A stretch of DNA of 63,622 nucleotides, filler included, from Chrysochromulina tobinii (taxonomy: Eukaryota): NCBI GenBank assembly GCA_001275005.1. It is 7 parts of 7 records of this genome, joined end to end, with 100 filler letters (N's around TTAATTAATTAA, not from the genome) between each part and the next. Parts side by side here need not be neighbours in the genome. Positions count along the whole stretch, not along the records: positions 47,414 to 59,150 come from JWZX01000862.1; positions 59,251 to 62,002 come from JWZX01000865.1; positions 62,103 to 63,622 come from JWZX01000866.1; 4 more parts are not named here. One strand, 5' to 3'. The position numbers and the translations under genes are program-made. The notes under the pieces are model-generated. The model ran no database searches. It was given only the letters and a program-made list of their open reading frames with translations, and was not told where the DNA came from. Positions 54,935-63,622 of the stretch are shown piece by piece (within the stretch, counting starts at the first letter, position 1; each line of letters opens with the position of its first letter).

Positions 54935-57613
54935 ATGAGCTTGCGCTCCACGCTCAGCTTCAACCGTATCAAGAAAGCCGTCAAAGAGGTCAAAGGCGTC
55001 AATGCCTTCAGCTCACCGACCCGAAAGAGCGAGACGAGCTCTGCGGGGAACTCGCCAGGGGTGGATCCCTCACCGACACGTCTTCGGACGTTTGTGGAAG
55101 GCCTCGAAGAAGAGACCATTGGCATCGAGTCCAACCAGACAGATGTGATCGCGTCTCCCGTGACAGTGATCGCCAAGACGGCGGCTCCCGAGGTCGTGCA
55201 GGCGACGCCCGAGGTGGATGCGGCGCTCGCAGCGGCGGCGAAGGGATTCTCGGCGGCTGAGGCCGAGAAGGCGGCGATCACACTGCAGGCTGCCATTCGA
55301 GGAAAGGCGGATCGCGCCAAGGCGGCAGAGCTTCAGAAGGCGGAGGACCAGCTTGACTCGAGAGCCGAGCGCGAGCTCGAGAAGGAGATGAAGGAGATGC
55401 GCAGGAAGAAGGAGCAGGCGTTTGCCGCGGAGGAAGCTGCGCAGGCCCGCGCAGCGTATCAGGAGGCCCGAGCAGCCGAGGAGAAGCTCGAGAAGGTGAA
55501 CGAGAAGGCCGCGCTCGAGGCCAAGATTGCGGCGATGAGCGAAGACGAGCTCGTCCGGATGCAGATGACCATGAAGCTCTCGAGCGATCTCGAGACGTGC
55601 GCCAAGTCGCTCGCGCTCGCGGCCAAGGCGGTCGTGGCCACCGAGCTCGAGATCGGCACCATCCAGGTGGGCCTGAAGGAGGATCGTGCGACGGAGACGC
55701 ACAAGGTCGCCGAGTACGATCGGAACATCAAGTCCATCAACTCGATGCTCAAGCATGTCGAGGCGTACGATGAGCAGTGCAGCCAGCTGAGATACGAAGT
55801 CAATCAGCTTGTCTCGATGGAGAACCAGAGGCGCATCGACAGCTACGGCATCACGGGGCGCGTGCGGCGGGAGGTGACCGAGGCGCAGGACCGGATGGCC
55901 AAGCAGACTGACAAGCTGCACATCATGCAAAACGAGCTCAAGAAAATGTACACACAGTATACGAGCGCAGAGAAGCAGTCGGAGGCGCAGTTCAGCACCA
56001 TCTCAAGCGAGGTGGTCGGCAAGACGCTTCGGGTGGAGCTCGCTGAGCATCGCCTCTCGCACCTTCGGGCGGAGCAGAAGAAGCTGAACGAGCAGGTGGC
56101 CGAGAACACTCGTTTCATCGACTCAAAGACGCGCCGCGTCTCGTCGACGACCGCGCAGGTGGAGGAGATCAAGGCCAAGATGGCGCTCGATGAGCAAACC
56201 ATCGGTGGGTGCAAGGCCCGCGAAGCGGAGCTCTACGCCGAGGACCAGCTCGCCGAGGCGCAGAAGGAGCACAAGGTGCGTGAGTTCGACGCGGACCGGG
56301 ACTCGCTGCGCTCGCTCATCGCGCTGCAGGAGTCGTTCCGGTCGGACAAGCTGATGAGACTCGACGAGGAGCTCACGAGCAACCCTGTGCTGGGAGATCA
56401 GGGAGATCCGACCAAGAAGACTCTGCTCGAACGCGCGCGCGCGCTTGTAGAGAAGACCTTGAGTGACAGCAAGGGGCGACTGGCGCTCATTGAGCAGGCT
56501 GCGAGCACGTACATGCACAAGTACGACGAGGCGAAGGGTCTTCGTGACTCGGAGCTGCGCCAGCTGCGCGCCGAGCGCCGGGCGCTCGTGACAGTGCACG
56601 CCGAGAGAAGTCGCTACCTGCACGAGAAGAGGAACCAGCTCGAAATCGAGGAGAAGCAGCTCGCTCGAGCGGAGGGCATCATGCTCGACCACAAGTACTG
56701 CATGAGCGTGCTGCAGACGGAGCACGACCTCTTGCAGAAGACCATCAATGAGCGACAGGACGAGCTGGCCGCCGCCTACAGCCTCAAGCAGGCTCTCGGC
56801 ACAAAGCTCGAGAGCGTCCAGACGTCCAACATGCTCAACCTGGGCCGCATGAGAATGGCCATCGAGTCGGAGTCGAGGGTGGCCACGGAACAGCAAGCGT
56901 ACATCGAGTCGCTGATGGGCCGCATGCAGCACAATGAAGGTGCCGCCGTTGAGGAGAATAGCACCGTCAAGCAGCAGGTGGCCGCGATGGAGAAGACGGG
57001 AGTGGAGGAAGCCCCGGTGGAGCCAATCCAAGGGAAGCACGGCCTCGCGCTTGCGCACAGTAACGAGCTCGCCGTACACCTATTGGTGGACGATCTCAAG
57101 GCGCAGCGAGCGCAAGCGACGCAAGGGTTGCTCGCCTCGCAGGAGAAGCTCGAGGCCGTCGATAAGGCGGCGCAGACCGCCCTGGCCGCCGTGGATGCGG
57201 AGCGCTTCACGCTACAGCACGAGATGTCGAACCTGCACCAGTACAGGCTCTCTCTCGAGTCGAGGCTCGCGGCCATCTCGCCCTGTCCCCCATCTCCCCC
57301 CAAGATCACAGACGTGCCGGCGTCGCCGAATGGCGATCTCATCAAGCCGGAGGCCGATGAGCACGATCACTCGTCGCCCTCAGACCGGTCGACCCCAACG
57401 CCATACCGTACGACCAACAGGCTCCTCGTCACCTCCGACAAGTTTAGCCCCCCTCTGTCGCAGTCCGGTAATCTCACCGGTGCCCTGTATGGCGCCTCCC
57501 TCGACGATGAGGCGAATCATTCGATGTACAATCCCGACATTAAGGTGGACGACTCGCCCTCGAGTGAGAAACGGACCACAATTCGGTCCCGCATCTTTGG
57601 CCGTTCCGCGTGA
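54935..57613 (+). CDS. long coiled-coil protein with one IQ motif
   Basis: 892-aa ORF; AAITLQAAIRGK; E/K/Q-rich heptads. Confidence 0.8.
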   Translation: MSLRSTLSFNRIKKAVKEVKGVNAFSSPTRKSETSSAGNSPGVDPSPTRLRTFVEGLEEETIGIESNQTDVIASPVTVIAKTAAPEVVQATPEVDAALAAAAKGFSAAEAEKAAITLQAAIRGKADRAKAAELQKAEDQLDSRAERELEKEMKEMRRKKEQAFAAEEAAQARAAYQEARAAEEKLEKVNEKAALEAKIAAMSEDELVRMQMTMKLSSDLETCAKSLALAAKAVVATELEIGTIQVGLKEDRATETHKVAEYDRNIKSINSMLKHVEAYDEQCSQLRYEVNQLVSMENQRRIDSYGITGRVRREVTEAQDRMAKQTDKLHIMQNELKKMYTQYTSAEKQSEAQFSTISSEVVGKTLRVELAEHRLSHLRAEQKKLNEQVAENTRFIDSKTRRVSSTTAQVEEIKAKMALDEQTIGGCKAREAELYAEDQLAEAQKEHKVREFDADRDSLRSLIALQESFRSDKLMRLDEELTSNPVLGDQGDPTKKTLLERARALVEKTLSDSKGRLALIEQAASTYMHKYDEAKGLRDSELRQLRAERRALVTVHAERSRYLHEKRNQLEIEEKQLARAEGIMLDHKYCMSVLQTEHDLLQKTINERQDELAAAYSLKQALGTKLESVQTSNMLNLGRMRMAIESESRVATEQQAYIESLMGRMQHNEGAAVEENSTVKQQVAAMEKTGVEEAPVEPIQGKHGLALAHSNELAVHLLVDDLKAQRAQATQGLLASQEKLEAVDKAAQTALAAVDAERFTLQHEMSNLHQYRLSLESRLAAISPCPPSPPKITDVPASPNGDLIKPEADEHDHSSPSDRSTPTPYRTTNRLLVTSDKFSPPLSQSGNLTGALYGASLDDEANHSMYNPDIKVDDSPSSEKRTTIRSRIFGRSA

Positions 57614-58332
57614 GACTTGGCATGAGAAGATCGGCGGTTTCTGAGGCGGTGATTCCCGGTGACAGGAGACAGCAGGTGAGAGCAGGTGAGGGCATGTGAG
57701 AGCAGGTGAGGTCACGGCGGCAGGTGGATCACAATGGTGGTGGAACAGCGGCATTCCTTGGGGGCAGCCACTCCCTCGGTCACTCCTGAGATTGAGCCAT
57801 GCGATGACTCCGATGATCATGAGCGGTGGCATGAGGAACCGATGGAATCCGACCTGATGACTTTCGAATCGGTGCCGCGTGCAGGAGCCTTACAGAAATG
57901 TGTGCGAGCCGCATGGCGAGCCGCTGCACGAGCCGCGATCTTGGCGTGGGTGCAAAGTGCGCGTTGGGCAGAGCTCTGAGTTTGAAAGGTCGATGTATCC
58001 CTAGTCTGCTGTGGCATGCAGCGCCGGTCGACGTGTGTATCTCGGATGAAGGGGTGAAGGGAGTGCGCGAACGGTGGGTCATCGGTCGGGAGTCCGCCTA
58101 GGAGTCCGCCTGTCGCTGTCCGCTCCGGGCGGGGCTCCCGAGGTCGCGCGCGCCTATCCTATCGCCCCCGCGTGCCTGGGCTGTCGAGAGTGTGCCCTCG
58201 CCGTCCGGGGACTGAGCACACAGTCGAGAGGCCGTGTGACGCGTGAGGGCTCTTTGTCATTCACACTAACATTGAACGGAACGACGAACTGACATCGGAC
58301 GCCCATGCCCACAGGCAGCGGACTACCTTCGC

Positions 58333-59150
58333 TTAAGAACTACCGGACGAGAAAACCCCGCCAACTCTGAATTTCCGGACCTCTCGGGCACGCGCGCCGA
58401 CATCGCGTGCGCCGACGCTTGGGTTGTCGTGCTTGACGAGGGCGGCGAGGATGGCGCGCCGCAAGTCTTCATCGCTCACGCCGCTCATGCTGGGCGACTC
58501 GCCGTTCTCGGTGCCGCCGGCTGCATGCGCCGCATCGGCGTGAGTCCCGGCGGCACCCCTGCTGTCGGCCTTGCTGTCGGCTGCGTCAGCGCCGGCGGCC
58601 GACGGCTCGGCGGCGGCGCTCTCCGTCGTACCGCCGAGGAGCCACGACGACCACGTCTCTTCGGGCTTCGAGGCCTCCTGCGCCGCCGCCGGTGCGGCGG
58701 CGTCCGCAGTGGCGGCCGCAGCGGCGGCCGCAGCGGCGGGGTTGGTGGGCGGCGTCCGTTTGATCTTCATCGCGTGCGGCGCGACCGCGTGGCTCGCGAT
58801 CCACTTGTGGATTTCGTGCCGGATGCGCGATGCGGCCGCCCTCCCGACAGGCAGCCCGAGGGAGACGCCGACGTCGAGGGAGATCTCCGAGTCGATCGCC
58901 ATCTCGAGTTTCGGCATGGCGGCAAAGGAGATGAGCACGTGCCCCATGTCGCTCGGGAAGGAGAGCGACATCTCGCCCTTAATTGTCATGGTGCTCACCC
59001 GCACGAGTAGCTTGAAGGGGACGAGGGCGGCACGCCCCTCGAGGCACATCTCCATGCGCCACGACGGGGCGAAGGACACTGTCCACTGGGAGGCCTCCAA
59101 GCTTGTCCAGCTGAGCAGCTGCAGCTGGGGGGCGTCCGACGGGATGCTCG
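58333..59150 (-). CDS. SMP (TULIP) lipid-transfer-like domain protein, 5'-truncated
   Basis: LLVRVSTMTIKGEMSL...LISFAAMPKLEMAIDSEI...I...I.....V.P resembles the C-terminal half of SMP. Confidence 0.5.
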
Positions 59151-59250
59151 NNNNNNNNNNNNNNNNNNNNNNNNNNNNNNNNNNNNNNNNNNNNTTAATT
59201 AATTAANNNNNNNNNNNNNNNNNNNNNNNNNNNNNNNNNNNNNNNNNNNN
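59151..59250. other. artificial contig spacer
   Basis: Same 100-nt linker. Confidence 0.99.
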
Positions 59251-59347
59251 GACTTGGCCAAGTCCGGGTTAGGCACCTCTGGCCAAGTCCGGGTTAAGAA
59301 CCCGTGCCCGAAAGAAGTCCGGGTTACGCACTAACCTCCTTAATAAT

Positions 59348-59710
59348 TTAACACCGGCTGCTCAATGGAAGCACCAAGAGCCGGTCGACACAGACTGTCA
59401 CCCGCTAGCGCTACTGTGGCTTCCACTTCACACTTCCTTCACACAAGGGATTCCCAGGATTCCCCAACTTTTTTGAGGCATCAAGGCGGCGCGGCGTGTC
59501 ACGTGCACGCGCGCCCGCTCTTCGCTCTGGGAGCATTGGACGGCCCCACATAGCGGCCAGTGAAGTTCCACCCGGATGCCCATTAGCCCTATCATATATC
59601 ATACGACCGGCTAGGCGTGTGTGTCATCTTACAACTTTACCGATTGCACACGCCAAGAGCTTGGCCAAGAGCGCACGGTGGGGTTAGGCCTCAGAGCCGA
59701 CCGGTGTTAA
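59348..59710. mobile_element. candidate piggyBac-type MITE
   Basis: TTAA-CACCGG at 59348-59357 and CCGGTG-TTAA at 59701-59710, imperfect extension (GCTC/GAGC), non-coding interior. Confidence 0.4.
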
Positions 59711-60069
59711 TAACTTACACAGTAGGAATTCCTACCCTTGACTTGACTTGACTTGTGAACGTTAACACGACAGACGCAACAACCGGTGCTACGGCACTGT
59801 TACTGCCCGTGTGTGTCCCGTGTGTGTCCCGGCACCTCGGTGTCTTTTTACATTGTATCTGGATTCCTGCTTGAAACTTGTCAGAGGTGTGATGGTAACC
59901 GCTCTCGCTTGTATGTCAGGTGGTATGGAAACCACAAATATGGAGACCGCTCACGCATGCAATCGCATGAACTCGCAATTCGGTTACTTGTATACATGTC
60001 TGTGTGCACGCGAGGCTGCACGCCTCACTCCACGGATCCAGAACGATCCAAGTCGCGATTGCTGGTCCT

Positions 60070-61638
60070 ATGCTTTTCTTCACCGCATCGCCATCGGCTA
60101 TTTCTCTGATTTTTATCAGCTTGTTCGTGTCCGCGTTTCCAGTGACGACGACAAGCTCGAGCCACGGCGTAAGGGTGCACTGCAATGGTCCAGATGCCCG
60201 CAAGGGTGCCACCCACTACTCTACAGAACAGCCGGTTGATCGCCTTCGTGACATGCAAGCTCTACCAAATGGCCGCGTGATCGCCATGGTATTTGCCGGC
60301 CGGAAGGATCTCATGCGCATGCTCATGCGCAACCTGGTGCGTGAGCTCTACGCGCACACAATCACACACGTCCATTTGTGGGATTTTATCGCCGATCGTC
60401 AGTCCCCCGACGCGATCTACCTTCGCGAGCTCGCTGCCCGATACCCCCGCGTCACGGTCAAGCAGGGCAACTATAAGGAGATCCCATGCAAAAACTACAC
60501 GCGTAAGGGATGGTTACCATCTCCATGTCCAACTGCAAGGAATTGGGCGGAAGCGTACTCCGCCTACGTGAACGAATCCCAGCTGGCCGACAATGACGTA
60601 TTGATCAAGCTAGATGACGACTTGCCATACATTCGCAACCTGCCCGCACTCATCAAGGCGGCACGCTTGGCCAACGGCTTCGTTTACCCCAATATCCTCA
60701 ACAACGATGTTGGCGCTCACTGGCAGATGCATGACGGAATGCTCACACCGAGCGGCTTCGATCTGGATGTCCCGTCCATTCGCATGGTATGGGAAGGGCG
60801 GCACAACGAAGACTTCAAGGACAGTGAGCGACCCATGGTAGGTGCCGCTCCGTGCAAAGAAAAGGTGTGCTCTGGATATCGGGGCTGGCAACCGTACTCA
60901 GAGTCCTTTGAGTACAATGCCAAGTTCAAGACAGAGATAGTAGTCCAGCCTGGATGGTTCAACGAATATAAGGCAGCCATGATGGTCCACCGAGCTTTCA
61001 TTGCTAACCCGTACCGCTTCTATTCCAACGTGACGCATGTGTGGAACCACAGTCAGCGCGTCTCCATCAACTTTTTAGCTGGGCGTGGCGCCGTCGTGCG
61101 CGAGGTGTACCGTGAGCTGTCCGTGTCCAAGCAGTTTCCACTGGACGACGAGCCACTGATGAGCTTCTATTGGCCAAGAAAGTTTCACTTCACCCACTCG
61201 ATGGTGATGTCATGCCTGGTGGTCCACCTCCATTTCGGGCCGCAAAAAGGCGACTACGAGGTCGTCCTCAAAGATCTCTCCAGGATGCTTGACGTGGAAG
61301 GAGCTCCTGCTGTTCCCGACTGTGACAAATGTGTGGCACCAATGGCCGAGAATAAGGCGGCTGCCGACCAAGCGGCGGCTAAGAAGAAGGCGGCGGCTAT
61401 GAAGAAGGCGGCGGCAAAGAAGAAGGTGGCAGCTAAGAAGAAGGCCGAAGACGCGGCTAGGAAGAAGGTGGCGGCCGACAAGGATCCAGTGGCCGCGAAG
61501 CAGGCACCAGCGTCCCCACCACCACCATCGCCGCCGCCATCGCCGCCGCCATCGCCGCCGCCATGTTCGCCGCCATCGCCGCCGCCATGTTCGCCGCCAT
61601 CGCTGCCGCCGCCGCCGCCGCCGCCGCCGCCGCACTGA
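60070..61638 (+). CDS. secreted or membrane-anchored glycosyltransferase-like protein with Lys/Ala- and Pro-rich tail
   Basis: Hydrophobic N-terminus; FAGR, HLWDF, LIKLDDD (DxD-like), NILNN, SINF, DDE, H..FGPQ. Confidence 0.65.
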   Translation: MLFFTASPSAISLIFISLFVSAFPVTTTSSSHGVRVHCNGPDARKGATHYSTEQPVDRLRDMQALPNGRVIAMVFAGRKDLMRMLMRNLVRELYAHTITHVHLWDFIADRQSPDAIYLRELAARYPRVTVKQGNYKEIPCKNYTRKGWLPSPCPTARNWAEAYSAYVNESQLADNDVLIKLDDDLPYIRNLPALIKAARLANGFVYPNILNNDVGAHWQMHDGMLTPSGFDLDVPSIRMVWEGRHNEDFKDSERPMVGAAPCKEKVCSGYRGWQPYSESFEYNAKFKTEIVVQPGWFNEYKAAMMVHRAFIANPYRFYSNVTHVWNHSQRVSINFLAGRGAVVREVYRELSVSKQFPLDDEPLMSFYWPRKFHFTHSMVMSCLVVHLHFGPQKGDYEVVLKDLSRMLDVEGAPAVPDCDKCVAPMAENKAAADQAAAKKKAAAMKKAAAKKKVAAKKKAEDAARKKVAADKDPVAAKQAPASPPPPSPPPSPPPSPPPCSPPSPPPCSPPSLPPPPPPPPPH

Positions 61639-62002
61639 GTCCGAAGTCGGGGTTACTAGGAAAAATTCCTGGCGTGGTTCCAGCGCATCCCAACCACTCA
61701 AGGGGGTCCCCTGATAGATACAGTACTGGGTCAAGTTTCGGTCGTCGTGATGTCGTGCGGGTTGTGTGTTGTGGGTTGGATGGATGGTTGTGAGGTTCGT
61801 CTGTGTGATCCGTGTGCCCCTGTGCGCTAGGGTTGAATACCCAGTCGTTTTCCTGTGCTTTCGTTTCCGCACTCGCACTCGGCTCAACGCAGCGCCTTCG
61901 CCAAGGTCCCACCGTCCTGGATAACCCATGCTCGCATCGACCGAGGCTCTGTTTCTGCCGCGGGGCCTCGGTCGGGGCAGCAGTGAGCATCTGCCAACGG
62001 CT

Positions 62003-62102
62003 NNNNNNNNNNNNNNNNNNNNNNNNNNNNNNNNNNNNNNNNNNNNTTAATTAATTAANNNNNNNNNNNNNNNNNNNNNNNNNNNNNNNNNNNNNNNNNN
62101 NN
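62003..62102. other. artificial contig spacer
   Basis: Same 100-nt linker. Confidence 0.99.
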
Positions 62103-62473
62103 CCTTGGACCGCACGCTGAAGGCTGCCGATGCTTGGACGCTCGCTGCTGCCGGCTGGGCGGCCTCGCCGATGAATCCGAAGAACGCCCCAGCTGGCGTG
62201 ACGGCCACGGCTACGGCCGGTGCGGCAGCAGCAGCAGCGGCAGCGACGGCGGTACCTCTGGGTGCACCGGCTACAGCTGCTGCTCCTACCGCGGCCGAGG
62301 TGGCGACTGGACCGGTGGACTTGGACGAGGGCGATGAGCGGGCGATTGGCGTGCTGCAACGCCTCAATACGGCGCCGGTGACGACCGCGGCCGCAGTGGC
62401 CGCACCCGGTGATGGCGGGCATGGCCGGGGCCGTGGCCGGGGCCGGGGCCAGGACCGTGCGCGTCTACAGTAG
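62103..62473 (+). CDS. Ala-rich C-terminal fragment of an unknown gene
   Basis: Open from the contig start to TAG; GC drops sharply after the stop. Confidence 0.35.
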
Positions 62474-62517
62474 ACAGTATCATGAGACGTATGTATACAT
62501 GTATATATGGGTTTTAT

Positions 62518-63622
62518 CGGTGTTTTATAAGTCCATATAGTCCCTATACTCGAACTATGGCCCTCCAGCTATGTGCTGTCTCGCGATCTTTGGAGATGTG
62601 CATCGAAATTGACCTTAGTGCTTAGACCGATAGTTGATCGGATTTTCGAACCGAAGCCGGATTTCGATGTACATCTCCAAAGATCGCGAGATAGCACATA
62701 GCTGGAGGGCCAAAAATCGAGTCTAGGGACCATATGGACTCATACAACACAGAGAATCACGCCATCACAAGTCACTCTCCCCACTCAGATGTCACATTGT
62801 GACCCCGAGTACGACCTGTGACGTCGCGTTTTTGTCGCATTTCGGTACTAGGGGCATGCAGTGCGACCTGTAATGGCGTGATCCTTGGTGTTTCATGAGT
62901 CCATAGGATCCCCAGACTCTATCTATGGCCCTCCAGCTATGTGCTGTCTCGCGATCTTTGGAGATGTGCATCGAAATCCGGCTTCAGCTCGAATGTCGAC
63001 CTACTTATTGACTAAGGTCTATTTCGATGCACATCTCCAAAGATCGCGAGATAGCACATAGCTGGAGGGCCATAGATCGAGTCTAGGGACCATATGGACT
63101 CATACAACACAGAGAATCACGCCATCACAAGTCACTCTCCCCACTCAGATGTCACATTGTGACCCCGAGTACGGCCTGTGACGTCGCGTTTTGGTCGCAT
63201 TTCGGTACTAGGGGTATGCAGTGCGACCTGTACTGGCGTGATTCTCTGAATTGTATGAGTCCATATGGTCCCTAGACTCGATCTATGGCCCTCCAGCTAT
63301 GTGCTGTCTCGCGATCTTTGGAGATGTGCATCGAAATCCGGCCTCGGCTCGAATATCGACCTTCTTATTCTCTAAGGCCAATTTCGATGCACATCTCCAA
63401 GGATCGAGAGACAGCACATAGCTGGTGGGCCACAGATCGAGTCCAGGGACTATATGGACTCATACTATACCGAGAACCACGTCATTTCAAGTCGCGCTGC
63501 ATGGCCCTAGTACCGAAATGCGACCAAAACGCGACCTCACTGGCCGCATTTGGGGTCACAATGTGACATCTGAGTGGCGACAGCGACTTGGGATGGCGTG
63601 ATTCTCTGCGTAGTATGACTCC
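62518..63622. repeat. 360-bp-period array of alternating inverted arms with invertible internal segments
   Basis: Sequence at 62701, 63061 and 63421 aligns; each unit is arm A, short loop, reverse complement of A, long spacer; runs off the window end. Confidence 0.95.

Noticed and set aside
59251..59330. AAGTCCGGGTTA x3 as telomeric repeat
   Set aside because: Interspersed rather than tandem TTAGGG; too short at a contig edge to interpret
63285..63566. 93-aa ORF in the terminal array
   Set aside because: Reads through a palindrome with no protein features
62518..63622. CRISPR array
   Set aside because: Repeats are ~105 bp and alternate in orientation, spacers are homologous to one another, no cas genes, eukaryotic context

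Overview
GC-rich eukaryotic DNA, not a prokaryotic locus. The window is seven unrelated contigs joined by six artificial 100-nt spacers (N-run, TTAATTAATTAA, N-run), so synteny holds only within a contig. Dense genes, short GT-AG introns and CDDGGPG-type Cys repeats suggest an algal protist, probably a haptophyte (inference). Recognisable genes: EF-hand protein, 2OG-Fe(II) oxygenase, PX protein, Ser/Thr kinase, EPSP synthase, R2R3-Myb, SPRY-like protein, UBL + CDIN1-like nuclease, giant ARM/IQ/EF-hand protein, membrane HET-like protein, Sfi1-like protein, Sel1-repeat protein, tandem-BRCT protein, Ariadne RBR ligase, homeodomain-PWWP-GCN5 protein, SMP-domain fragment and a glycosyltransferase-like protein. 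The most unusual structure is a non-coding 360-bp-period array at the right end. It is built from alternating ~105-bp inverted arms, and both kinds of intervening segment occur in both orientations. Also notable: an EPSPS with an inserted Dpy-30/RIIa-like module, a candidate securin, and introns whose 3' ends duplicate the upstream exon end. All calls were made by eye; no searches were run.
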